IMG/VR virus record: IMGVR_UViG_3300049893_002454
Location: 32,001 to 96,000 of that record
DNA: 64,000 bases
From: a virus
Reading direction: 5' to 3' (one strand)
Of this stretch, positions 38,925 through 49,600 are shown one piece after another (the first letter of the stretch is position 1; each line of letters opens with the position of its first letter). Under the pieces are notes generated by a model. That model was not told the origin of the DNA and did no database searches. It saw only the letters and a list, made by a program, of their open reading frames with translations. A program made the position numbers and the translations under genes.

Positions 38925-39448
38925 CATTTCGTAAAATAGCAATTATTCGCCAGGATAATCATCTATCGTGTCCGTTCGGATTGCCTATAAGTGAGGCCTG
39001 TAAGTATGCCGGCGAAAGCATCCAATATATGACTCCTCTTGATGAGGTTGAGAAAGATGATCGTGAAAGATTTGCTAATGCTAATAAAAAGGTATACGTT
39101 CATCGTAATACTGGCGAACGCTGTCCGTACGCTGACAAGATCGCTGAGGGAGCGCCTGTTGTGCATTGTGATTTCGAAGAAGGTGGAGAAGGTTTAAGTG
39201 ACTCGCCAATGCGTCCGAGTCCATACTATCCACGCGTCTTTAATGGATTGGCGAATAATGCTGGTGGCGGGATAGCCGGACTAGTAGCACATCCAATACA
39301 CTCATACTGGGATAATATGGAGGCTCAGCAACTGTTTGCTAGTATGCTAACTATGTTTGCTCGTGAGTCTATGGACGATGTAAAAATAACTAAGGTAGCA
39401 GCTGACTTATTTGAAGAGCTTTTAGAAAAAGGGCGCGGAGGACAATAG
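38921..39448 (+). CDS. hypothetical Cys-containing protein
   Basis: CPFGLP..AC...CPYA...HCD; GGAG RBS. Confidence 0.75.
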   Translation: MTFRKIAIIRQDNHLSCPFGLPISEACKYAGESIQYMTPLDEVEKDDRERFANANKKVYVHRNTGERCPYADKIAEGAPVVHCDFEEGGEGLSDSPMRPSPYYPRVFNGLANNAGGGIAGLVAHPIHSYWDNMEAQQLFASMLTMFARESMDDVKITKVAADLFEELLEKGRGGQ

Positions 39449-39449
39449 T

Positions 39450-40370
39450 ATGCCATTATATAATGATGACAGTAATGATAAAGATGTCATTGAGATTTTT
39501 GAACAGGACGACTTGCTTGATGAAGCAGTTGAGGTCCTAGAAGATATTGTGCCTGGCGCTGACCTAGTAATAATTGCACCAGACGAAGATGATGATGCTA
39601 AGGTAGTTGAAGAGACTCGCGAGCGTGATTGGGTTAATGATGGGGATCATAGCCAATTTATTAAATATGTTCGTGAGCGATTAGACGGAATACCACGCCA
39701 TACCGGACAAACTACAGTGGGCTGTGAACGTGCGATTGCCTACTTAAAGCGACTCGATAAGGAAATCTCTCGTGCTATTCAGAGTGATGATGATAATGTC
39801 ATAGATGAAGAAGAGGCTGAGAAGATTCGTGACACAATCATAGAGTTTGTTTCTAAGCTAGAAGATGCTTATGATACTCTAACGTCCAAGAAAAGATTAA
39901 AAAGGAAGGCATCAGTTAAAATAGGAAATCAAGTGATTGCTCGCATCAATGATGGTGTGGATATCAAGTACTATGTTTCTGTTGATAATGGCGAAGGTGA
40001 GGAATTTCTTCCTGTTTCCATTGCCGAGCCTACAGATGAGCAAGTCCAGATATTTGCACTAGGTGAGCAGACAAATGACTCTCTAGTAAAAGAGGCTGGC
40101 AGTGCAAAGATTTTCCTATTTGAAGATCCGTTCTTGCATGCAATTACTAGATTATTGTTAAATTCACATGTTTCTGCTGGTAGGGATATCGAGAAGGTTT
40201 ATGCTGGTTTAAATAATAAGTATAACTTTACTCCGCGAGAAGAGCTCAGTATTCAGGAGCTACTATTACAGAAGGGATTTCCAATGTTCAAGGATCTTGG
40301 ACGTCTAGGTGATAATCAAGACCATTCAACTGGAGAAGGTATAGATTTCGGTACTACGTACCATGCATAG
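39450..40370 (+). CDS. hypothetical protein with an acidic N-terminus
   Basis: GGAGG RBS; 306 aa. Confidence 0.8.
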   Translation: MPLYNDDSNDKDVIEIFEQDDLLDEAVEVLEDIVPGADLVIIAPDEDDDAKVVEETRERDWVNDGDHSQFIKYVRERLDGIPRHTGQTTVGCERAIAYLKRLDKEISRAIQSDDDNVIDEEEAEKIRDTIIEFVSKLEDAYDTLTSKKRLKRKASVKIGNQVIARINDGVDIKYYVSVDNGEGEEFLPVSIAEPTDEQVQIFALGEQTNDSLVKEAGSAKIFLFEDPFLHAITRLLLNSHVSAGRDIEKVYAGLNNKYNFTPREELSIQELLLQKGFPMFKDLGRLGDNQDHSTGEGIDFGTTYHA

Positions 40371-40377
40371 GTGACAT

Positions 40378-41010
40378 ATGAATGATGATTTACTAAAGGC
40401 AGTACGTATGCTTGAGCAATTCTCTATTGCTACTACCCGACAAGAGCATTTTCAAAAATTACGCGACTCAAACAAATCAGAGGTATTTGATAATTTTATC
40501 TCTCTAATATCGTCAGAAGATCCTACTATAAATAAAACTACTGGAAAACAGCATACAGTAGAAAGCATGGTTGCCGAATTACAGGAAAGAGTCGGTTTAG
40601 ATAGTTTATTAAGAAAACGCTCTAATGATGACTCTATGCAGTTGAGCCGCAGAGCAAGCATATTGCAAGATACAGAGTCAATTACAAGCGATGAGGAATT
40701 AGAAAAAGTATTATCGGAATTCTGCAAGAAATACTTTTTGGCCCGTGATCACGGCTTATCATCAGCAGAGACTATGCTAGAAGAGCTAAAGTCAGCTCAG
40801 AACGGGATGCGCCTAATTGAAACATTCGGCCGCCAAAAGATTTATGATTTATTGCATAAAATTGCTGACGAATATCCTAAAGACAATCCAATGCTAACCA
40901 TCCCTGACGGTAGTGCTGTTACTATGCCAGCAGCAGATCAGATGTCATTAAATAAGAGTGAGGTTGCAAATATAGGGTTGGGTGGTCCTTCTAGCGCAAC
41001 TACGCGTTAG
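40378..41010 (+). CDS. hypothetical protein upstream of TerL
   Basis: 210 aa; AGGTG RBS. Confidence 0.75.
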   Translation: MNDDLLKAVRMLEQFSIATTRQEHFQKLRDSNKSEVFDNFISLISSEDPTINKTTGKQHTVESMVAELQERVGLDSLLRKRSNDDSMQLSRRASILQDTESITSDEELEKVLSEFCKKYFLARDHGLSSAETMLEELKSAQNGMRLIETFGRQKIYDLLHKIADEYPKDNPMLTIPDGSAVTMPAADQMSLNKSEVANIGLGGPSSATTR

Positions 41011-41018
41011 GAGGATAG

Positions 41019-42881
41019 GTGGCAGTGTCAGCAAATAACGAGATTACTCTAAAACTCTTTAATAAGATCAAGAGCGAAATTTCCGTTCTTGATCCAGTTT
41101 CTTTTGCAGAAAATAATCTCACTGTAGATGGAAAACCTTTTCGTATGAGCGGAACCGGTTGGAAATTTATGGCCGATTTGTATCGTGAGGTAGCCGCACA
41201 AGCGTCGAATAAAAATGCCAAGCCAATGGTAATTTTGAAGGGAAGGCAGATAGGCGCCACTATACTTGCAGCTGTTTTATCATTATATTTTACTGCTTCA
41301 GGGCTATACGGCACTGGCCCGGATAGACCTCCTATGCGAGTATTGCATGTTTTTCCTACGCTAGGATTAATGTCTAAATATGCCAAAGACAAATTAGGCC
41401 CAATGGTTGCTGGATCTCAAGGTGGCTATATTAGCAGTCGATTGCTGAAAAATGATCCAAATGCAGTTAAAGTAGCTGGTACTGATGAGGCTATCGCAGA
41501 AAAGACCTTTTATGGGTATAACAAGCTTCGTATAGACGCCACTGGTGCTGATGGGGACCGTATCCGTGGTCTTTCGCAAGACGTTATCTTCATAGATGAG
41601 GCTCAGGATGTCAGTAAAAAGGCCATCGAAACTGCTGGTCCGATCCTAACATCATCACAGTATGGAGCCCCGACCAAAGGTATACAGTTATATTTTGGGA
41701 CTCCTAAAGGTACTGGCTCGCACTTCTATAACATATGGCAGAAGTCAGATCAGCGATTTTATCAACTAAAGTGTGTCGGATGTAATCACTTCTTTTTCCT
41801 ATACACTATGGGCAGTGACTCATGGAAGCAAGTTTGGGTATCAGGGCATGATGTACGTTGTCCGGAGTGTGGCACATTACAGAAGAAAGCCGATGCTATT
41901 GAAGGTGGCAGATGGGTTCCTACAAAGCTAGGTGATACGCAATATATTGGATACCATGTAAGTGTACTGCTGCATCCATGGTTTACTAAAGAAAATATTT
42001 TAGACTTAGATCCTGCAGTCAATCCAGATCGGCGAGAGGTGGCTTGGAGAAATGAGACTCTTGGTGAGTTCTATAGCGGCGGCGGCCTCACTATATCAGT
42101 AGATGATATTCGTGAAAACTGTTTTGATACCACCAGAGGCTTAGCCAAGACAATTCTTGACCGTGGTGATAAAACTATTGTTATGGGAGTTGACTGGGGC
42201 GGCAAGGATTTGGTTGGTCCGGGTGGCGATGAGGATGATATTTCTGTAGATAGCAAATCAGATGCCGGACAATCATATACAGCAGTAGTTATTATGAGTG
42301 TAGATAAGAGCGGTGTCTTTACAATCGAAAATGCATATAGATTAAAGCGCAATGATTTTGAATATAAGGTAAATATTATTTCAGAAATGTATCGCATATT
42401 CAAGGTGCAGAATGGGGCAGCTGATATAGGGTACGGTCAGGATATAGTACAACATATGCAGGGTCCTATGGGATTTGGGGAGCGATTCCTAGGCTGCATC
42501 AATAGCGGCACAATCAATAGTACTATATCATATAAACCAAAAGAGCTGCGTGTAGTCCTTAATAAAGATGCTTTAATAGAAGAAGTGTTCTCTATGGTGC
42601 GCAAGGGTAAAATTAGATTTCCTGTGCACGGTGAGTCCTATGATCGGATCGATTGGCTTATACAGCATTTTACCTCTATGGAGGTAAAGAAGGTTATCAA
42701 AAATGATAATGTATATAATAGATATGTGAAGGGTGCCGTACAGAATGACGGTCTAATGGCTACAATATATGCCCTTATTGCATATAAATTCCTAGCTACC
42801 AGTGGCTTTAAGGGAAGTGATTCTAAAGTCAAGGGAAAGGGCGCACCCAGACCAATTCTCGCGTATTTGCCTAAAATATAG
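41019..42881 (+). CDS. terL: terminase large subunit
   Basis: Walker A-like KGRQIGAT, RIRG...Walker B IFIDEAQD, coupling motif GTP, CxxC pairs, nuclease MGVDWG...DIGYG...NDGLMA; GGAGG RBS. Confidence 0.9.
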   Translation: MAVSANNEITLKLFNKIKSEISVLDPVSFAENNLTVDGKPFRMSGTGWKFMADLYREVAAQASNKNAKPMVILKGRQIGATILAAVLSLYFTASGLYGTGPDRPPMRVLHVFPTLGLMSKYAKDKLGPMVAGSQGGYISSRLLKNDPNAVKVAGTDEAIAEKTFYGYNKLRIDATGADGDRIRGLSQDVIFIDEAQDVSKKAIETAGPILTSSQYGAPTKGIQLYFGTPKGTGSHFYNIWQKSDQRFYQLKCVGCNHFFFLYTMGSDSWKQVWVSGHDVRCPECGTLQKKADAIEGGRWVPTKLGDTQYIGYHVSVLLHPWFTKENILDLDPAVNPDRREVAWRNETLGEFYSGGGLTISVDDIRENCFDTTRGLAKTILDRGDKTIVMGVDWGGKDLVGPGGDEDDISVDSKSDAGQSYTAVVIMSVDKSGVFTIENAYRLKRNDFEYKVNIISEMYRIFKVQNGAADIGYGQDIVQHMQGPMGFGERFLGCINSGTINSTISYKPKELRVVLNKDALIEEVFSMVRKGKIRFPVHGESYDRIDWLIQHFTSMEVKKVIKNDNVYNRYVKGAVQNDGLMATIYALIAYKFLATSGFKGSDSKVKGKGAPRPILAYLPKI

Positions 42882-44775
42882 GAGTAGATTTATAATGAAG
42901 AAAGATTACCACGATCAAATAAGCAGAGCTGAAGAGCAGGCTAAGAGATGGTCCGTTCCAGACTCTAGACAAAATGTTCTAGATCAAATGTATTACAATC
43001 AAGTGCAACGCCAATTAGGTATTCCTACTGATAGAATGCCTAAAACTTTTTTGCAAAAAAATGCTATTGCATCTACTGGATTAAATTCACTGAGTAGTGA
43101 ACGTAGAGAATATTTACAGGAATTAAATGATCGTGCAGAGGAGCATCCCAGACCAAATCTTGCATTAGCTGCTGGAATACGCAAGAATGCATCAGTTAGT
43201 ACTGGCGGGCTCGGCGGAACGCCAAATACTTCACATATAGGTCCAGAGCCATTTTCGCCACTGTTTCTTACACAAAATATGCAATTACCGAGAGATCGTA
43301 TTACGATGAATGCGTGGAATAGAGCATATTTTGAAACAAATCCTATTGTAAGAAATGCTATAACGCTACATGCAACATATCCAATATCAAAGCTACAGAT
43401 CAGATGTGATGATAAGAATGTAGAAAAGTTCTTTTTTGATATGTGCGATAGAATCGATTTAGAGAATGTGGTCCAGCAAGCTGCGATGGAATTCTGGAAG
43501 CTAGGAGAATGTTTCGTGTATGCGTCATTTGATGAGTCCACTAGATCATGGGATCAGCTATATCTTCACAATCCAGACTATATTCAAGTTGATGCTTCTC
43601 CGCTATCACCAAAAAATACAGTTATTCTATTAAGACCGGATGATGCATTGAGAAAGATCGTCTCCTCGGCCGACAGTCAATATGCGCGTCTGCGAGAGCA
43701 GCTCGACCCACGTATTGTTAATCATGTAATTAGAAATGAGATGATTCCACTAGATTCATTTAATATTAGTCACCTAAAGATGCTAAACTCTCCATATGAC
43801 TTGCGCGGAACATCTATTATCGTAAGCATATGGAAAGATCTTATGTTGTATGATAAGTATCGCGAGTGTAAATTTATTCAAGCCGACAGCATGGTGAATC
43901 CTCTTACATTAGTAAAGCTTGGCACTGATGGGGCGGAAGGATTTTACCCCAGACAAGAAGAGATTGATAATTGGCGTTCTATTATGGAACAAGCTCAGTT
44001 TGATCGAGATTTTAAAATTATAACTCATGGTTCTGTAGCTATAGAGCGGGTTGGTTCTGCAGGGCATACTCTCGATACTGCGGCCGATATCAATCAGATT
44101 ATGGACAATCTTTATACCGGACTGCAAGTACCAAAGTCTCTCTTAACTCAAGAAGGTGCATCATATGCTACTGCCTCTGTAGCACTTGATGTGATGAGGC
44201 AGAGATATAATAGTTTTAGAACTATGATCTCAAATTGGTTAGAGCGAAAAATCTTTGCGCCAATATCTGAGGCGCAGGGTTTTTATGATATCGTCGGACA
44301 AGAAAAGCGACTAATCATACCTAAAGTTGAATGGAATCACATGACGCTCTATGATCTCGATAATTACATAGCGCATCTGGCAACTCTTGTAGAAAAGAAC
44401 CGTGTATCAGTAAGAACACTAGATCGCAGCCTGGGACTTAGCCGAAAAAACGAATTGGCAAACATTCGCCAAGAAATGATTGAAGCAGCAATCGTAGCTA
44501 AGGAACAAGAGAATTTGTCAAAGATGACATTGTCTCAGCTTAAGAGCTTAAACCCAACTGAGCCTATACCGGAACCAACAGATAATGGTTCCGGCGGGGC
44601 CGGCGGAATGATGGGAGGCCTACCGGGCGTGCCACCACCGTTACCGGGAGGGGATATGGGCTCACTTGGCCCTCCACCTATTGGTGGTATGGACTTAAAT
44701 GCTCCGGCCCCAGCACCAATCGAACCTCCAGGAGGCATGCCTGGAGCCCCAACTCCGCCTGGACCATCAATGTGA
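42802..44775 (+). CDS. portal protein with a Pro/Gly-rich C-terminal tail
   Basis: Directly after TerL; NPIVRNAI, EFWKLGECF, HNPDYI, RGTSII, GLQVPKSLL..EGASYATA are portal-like; likely start ATG 42895. Confidence 0.8.
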   Translation: MALREVILKSRERAHPDQFSRICLKYRSRFIMKKDYHDQISRAEEQAKRWSVPDSRQNVLDQMYYNQVQRQLGIPTDRMPKTFLQKNAIASTGLNSLSSERREYLQELNDRAEEHPRPNLALAAGIRKNASVSTGGLGGTPNTSHIGPEPFSPLFLTQNMQLPRDRITMNAWNRAYFETNPIVRNAITLHATYPISKLQIRCDDKNVEKFFFDMCDRIDLENVVQQAAMEFWKLGECFVYASFDESTRSWDQLYLHNPDYIQVDASPLSPKNTVILLRPDDALRKIVSSADSQYARLREQLDPRIVNHVIRNEMIPLDSFNISHLKMLNSPYDLRGTSIIVSIWKDLMLYDKYRECKFIQADSMVNPLTLVKLGTDGAEGFYPRQEEIDNWRSIMEQAQFDRDFKIITHGSVAIERVGSAGHTLDTAADINQIMDNLYTGLQVPKSLLTQEGASYATASVALDVMRQRYNSFRTMISNWLERKIFAPISEAQGFYDIVGQEKRLIIPKVEWNHMTLYDLDNYIAHLATLVEKNRVSVRTLDRSLGLSRKNELANIRQEMIEAAIVAKEQENLSKMTLSQLKSLNPTEPIPEPTDNGSGGAGGMMGGLPGVPPPLPGGDMGSLGPPPIGGMDLNAPAPAPIEPPGGMPGAPTPPGPSM

Positions 44776-44778
44776 TGT

Positions 44779-45117
44779 ATGAGAATACCTAATGATATAC
44801 GCAATATTTCATTTAAGACATATCACGGTATAGGCAATGCTCTAGATTTTATTTGGCATACTTGTTGTGGCCGTCATGGCGATATTAAGCAGGCGGGTAA
44901 ATATATAGATATTCTCTCCGGGTGGCGTCTAACTATTAATAAAATGCGTATATATAGCTCACCCGAATTATCTCTCGCTGAGAGATTAAATTATAGTAGA
45001 GCTTGCAAAGATATAGATTCATTATTATTTAGGCTGAGCAGAATATCCGGTGCTCTACCGAAAAAGGTGACCGATGCTATTGAGTCGACGAGCGCAGATC
45101 CAGATCAAGGGGATTGA
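44779..45117 (+). CDS. hypothetical protein
   Basis: 112-aa ORF between portal and the TopIB fusion. Confidence 0.6.
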   Translation: MRIPNDIRNISFKTYHGIGNALDFIWHTCCGRHGDIKQAGKYIDILSGWRLTINKMRIYSSPELSLAERLNYSRACKDIDSLLFRLSRISGALPKKVTDAIESTSADPDQGD

Positions 45118-46396
45118 AGTATATAGTGCATCTTCTATATATGTGTTAGCAAAGCGCAAGTATGAAAAGAACTATACTAAGAAGATAAAGACTGATTCTG
45201 GCGAAGTGCGTATATATGATGACGCTCATATAGCAAAGCGATGGGAGAAGAAGGTAGGGCAAATCAGTGCCCTCAAAAAGAATTTACCAAAGCTACAGCA
45301 TAAGTATCGTGCAGATCTCAAGTCAGATGATCTTAAAATTCGTACTATAGCAGCAATAGTAGCTATCTTAGATCTTACTGCAATGCGCATAGGGAATGAC
45401 GGCTCAGTTGAAGATTTTGGGACATTTGGAGCCACTACTCTCAAAAAGAAGCATATAAAGATCAGTGGTAATACTGTTAAGTTCAATTTTCTAGGAAAGA
45501 AGAAGGTAGATCAGACATTTTCATTTACTGATGCTGGCGTTGCTAAAGTATTGAAGGAATTATTGAAGGGCAAATCCAACAATGATTTCGTTTTTGAATA
45601 TGAAGATGGAAAGCGTATCCGCGCCAAAGTAGTTAATCGTTATCTGGCCGCTTTCAATATCACAGCTAAAGACCTTAGAGGCTTTCACGCTAATCAACTA
45701 ATGCGCGATGAATTAAAGCATACTAAAGATTTCGAAAAAGCTCTAGAGCAAGTGTCAGATAGGGTGGGTCACGAGCCAAAGACGTTAATGAACCAATATC
45801 TAGATCCTGCATTAGTTAAGCGGTATAAAAAGGCTGCGCTTAGCCTTGCCGATTATATAAATTCAGAACTTTCAAGTATACTACAGAAACAGCCAAAATC
45901 AATGGCTCCATTATCGACAAAACCTAAGTCTAGTGCTCCAGGCAAGTCGACTCCATTACGTCCAGGAGAGCAGCTGGCAGGTGGGCAGAAGATTACTTCA
46001 CCATATGGTATGCGCACTCATCCGCGCACAAAGAAAAGGGTTCATCATGACGGCGTAGATCTACGCGCAGCAAAGAACACTGAAATCTTAGCTTATGATG
46101 ATGGCATAGCTGTATTCGCCGGTAGAGGTAATGCTTATAGTGGAAATATGGTGACTATTTTACATGGTCCGGATCAAAGGCTTGCAACTAAGTATCTTCA
46201 TTTGAATAAAGTTCTGGTGTCTCCGGGAGCAAGTGTAAGCAAAGGTCAGGTTATAGGTCTTGCTGGTTCCACTGGTAGAGTTACGGGAGCGCACCTTCAT
46301 TTTGTTATGGAATATGATTCGCAGGTCATAGACCCAACCCCATACTTAAAAGATCGTACTGTAGTAGGAGCAATGCATGCCAGGGAAGCTGTCTAA
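45074..46396 (+). CDS. DNA topoisomerase IB fused to a C-terminal M23 metallopeptidase
   Basis: TopIB pentad: MRIGND, FLGKK, KDLR, VGH, NQYLDP, plus TFGATTL; M23: ITSPYG.R..P, HDGVD, YLHL, GSTG..TGAHLHF. Confidence 0.9.
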   Translation: MLLSRRAQIQIKGIEVYSASSIYVLAKRKYEKNYTKKIKTDSGEVRIYDDAHIAKRWEKKVGQISALKKNLPKLQHKYRADLKSDDLKIRTIAAIVAILDLTAMRIGNDGSVEDFGTFGATTLKKKHIKISGNTVKFNFLGKKKVDQTFSFTDAGVAKVLKELLKGKSNNDFVFEYEDGKRIRAKVVNRYLAAFNITAKDLRGFHANQLMRDELKHTKDFEKALEQVSDRVGHEPKTLMNQYLDPALVKRYKKAALSLADYINSELSSILQKQPKSMAPLSTKPKSSAPGKSTPLRPGEQLAGGQKITSPYGMRTHPRTKKRVHHDGVDLRAAKNTEILAYDDGIAVFAGRGNAYSGNMVTILHGPDQRLATKYLHLNKVLVSPGASVSKGQVIGLAGSTGRVTGAHLHFVMEYDSQVIDPTPYLKDRTVVGAMHAREAV

Positions 46397-46622
46397 GACC
46401 GATGAAAAGAAATGGCGTAAAGCCAAGCACATTGTACGTAAACAGAAGGGTTCTAAGCAATCTAAATTCACTGATCGCGACTGGGGTCTAGTTACTCACA
46501 TATTTAAGAAACAGAAGAAAGCCGCAATAGTAGATGCGCTGTATGTAATTGCAACAGCATTTGATGCTATAGATGATACCCTGTCAGCAAATTGTATTGA
46601 TGATATTTTGGAGAATATATGA
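46377..46622 (+). CDS. small basic protein with a C-terminal A-x-x-F-D helical motif
   Basis: 81 aa; AGGAG RBS; coupled to both neighbours. Confidence 0.7.
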   Translation: MPGKLSKTDEKKWRKAKHIVRKQKGSKQSKFTDRDWGLVTHIFKKQKKAAIVDALYVIATAFDAIDDTLSANCIDDILENI

Positions 46623-49600
46623 AATATAGCAGCATTGTTAGTGACCTGATCCGACGATTCTCATCCCTAGATATTATAATAGAGCCAGAAGAGAGTGCTG
46701 TACGCGAAGCTGTGAATAAGCTAATTGGATCAAATCCAAAGTATTTCGAAGGCGTTAAGAAAGTTGTCGTAGAGCATGACGTTCCACATTCTCCATATTT
46801 AGGAAAGTCTACTGGAGAGGGTATTATCTATATTTCATTAGATGCGATAAGAAATCAGCTCAAATCTCAAGGCGAAGAGCACAATCAGCAGGCTTTTATT
46901 CATGAACTGGTTAAGACTCTTGGACATGAGGTGGCTCATATCCGTGGCGGCATGGAGCACACTGAAGGGCCATCGGAAGTCGAAGAGCAAGTCTTAGAAC
47001 AGAAGTTTCCAATGCCAGCATTAAAACGAGAGGCTGCTGACTTAACAGACAAGCAGAGGAGAGCTATAGTACTGCAGAAAGAGATCGCTGCACTACAGGG
47101 GCAATTAAACCAGATTCAGACGGTATGGAAGCAACTTACTAAGCCAGGTATCAAGGTAGACCCCGCGCGCGAAGTTCATTTTAAAGCAGAACAGGATAGA
47201 ATTAATAATGAAATAACTGCCAGGCGCTCAGAAATAGAATCTCTTGAAAAATTGGAACAAGCAGTTACCAAAGAAACGATATCTGATGAGAAGGCGGCTC
47301 CTAAATCACCAGCAGTTACAAATGTTAATGATCTGGCTAGATATGGCCCGCTATTTAAAGATTTAGCTGCATCACTAGGCAGCGCATTATCTGGTCTAGT
47401 AAAGCTATATCAGCTCTTAAATGGAGCTCCGGATTTCGTCAAAGGAGAGGGTAAGATTTTACCAAGGATGAAAGAAGTAATCTCTTCCACGGACGCTTTA
47501 TATAAAAAGATGTCATCGCGTATACAGGCTCATACGGATGCACCTCATCTTCTTAAAGAATTAGCATTGGAAATATTATTTGAAGAAACTAGCGAATCGC
47601 TACTTGATACTGGTGATTTCCTAACATCAGAACAGGATTTTATTACACCGCTGACGAATCAAGGAGTGGAATCAGATTTTTATAAAAATGCCATTGCTCC
47701 TTTAGTTAATGAAATACTAGCATCAATAACTAGAGCTGCTGCAGTTGTTGGTTCAGAGCATAAATCAATTCTTCAGATTCCAGAGTTGTCTACTTCCAAG
47801 TTGCCATCGGCACAAAAGAATATAGGTAAACCTCAGCGAGAGACAAAATCTCACGGCGAGCGCACGCTCTCTACAATACGAGAAGATTATCTTAATGAAT
47901 TTAGTGGATTGACTGATAAATTAGAGGGGGCTCGGCGCCTTTGGAAGAATACTGCGGACCAGTCAAAATTAGCCCCGCTTTTAACAAGGAAGGACCAGCT
48001 TGAGGCTGAGTTGCAAATAGCTAAGCAAGAGTTGTCCGATGCATTTGCTGATGTAACCGCGCTTAGTGGCACTCCACGAACAAAGGAGCAGGCGGCAAAA
48101 CAAAGAGCCTCTAGCGAACGATATCAGATGGCGAAGAGACGCGTAAAAGATGCTGAGGATGAACTCAGCGCACTAAAGACCAAGATATCATCTCTATATG
48201 ACACTAGCGCTGTAAATGCAGATGACCTAATTGCTGCTATAGCGCCTTATTCTAACGTTGCTAGCGTAGAGGCAAGACTAAAGACTGTTTCTGAAAAACT
48301 AGAGCAGTTTAAGCTACTTGATGAATATAAGCGCCAACTTACCGAGCGACGCGAAGAACTGCTATCAAAGTCCAAGGAATTAGGCGAGGGCAATCCAGAT
48401 GTCAAAGCACTGACTGCTCTTGTTGAAGTTAGCCTCCCTAAACAGATAGCTGAGATAGAGGGTGACTTGGGAGCATCTTCTTCCCCAAAATCACGTGAAA
48501 AAGATCCTAATGAAAAACGTATAAGGGATGATATTAAGGCGAATACTAAATTACTTAATTCACCATTGGTACGATCTATTTTTGATAAGCTTATGCCAGA
48601 TATGGCTAGTGGCGGAGATCTTCGTACACAAAAGAAAAATCTTGAGAGAAAAATCAAGGTTCGTACACAAGATGTTGCTCCTGAAACTGATTATGATGAG
48701 CTGAAGGGAGTATTACCAGCCGATGTAGAAATTTCTACATGGCAGTCCCAGATAGCAGATGTCGATAGGGATATTAAATACAGAAAGCGTACTGAGATAA
48801 TAGACTATATTGGTCGTTTAGGTCAGGCATTGTCTGCAATTGTTCAGCGAGCTGCTGGTAAATCCGATGTGGCTATTCCTACAGATATATTAGGCAAGTC
48901 ATTACGCCTCGGCAAATACATTGGTGCTGATGGCAATGCTAAGATTATCAGAGACTTAGAAAGCGTCGTAAACGCAAATATGAAGGCTGTTGGACCTATA
49001 GAGGCAGAATTAGGTAAGTTGCGCGATGAACTTGCTAATATCAAACGCTCACCAAAAAAAGACGAAGTTAAAGCTGAGCGACTAAAGGCTAAGTATAAGT
49101 ACCTTTCTGAGCAACCGGCTTTCAAGAAACTTAGATCAGATATCTCTTCGACAATAGAGAGACTAGTACAACATACTAGTCCAATTGTCACAGAGGAGGT
49201 ATCTCAGCCAAAGATAGTTACTGAGAGAGAGGATGCTCCTGATATTTCTGATAAACTACGTCGCAGGCGCGAAAAAGAGGAGCGGAATATCGCTAAGGAG
49301 TTTGGTTGGAAAACTGAGCTGCCTTCTCAGGAAGAATCAACTAAATTTCCCGAATACGACGAGCGATCTAAGGCTGTTTCTAGACAATGGGAAGCACCGG
49401 AGCCGCTGGGCAAGTCTACACTAACAAATGCTATAAAGCAGGATATAGAACGAGGTTTGATCGATCCGACAAAAATTCCTTCAGATGTACGCAAGCAGTT
49501 GTTAACTCAACTTCACGCCACCTCGGGAGAGTTGCGTTCAATAAAAGAACGCCTCGTAACTCCAGATGCAGAGTTGGCAGATTTACAAAAAGAGGAAGCT

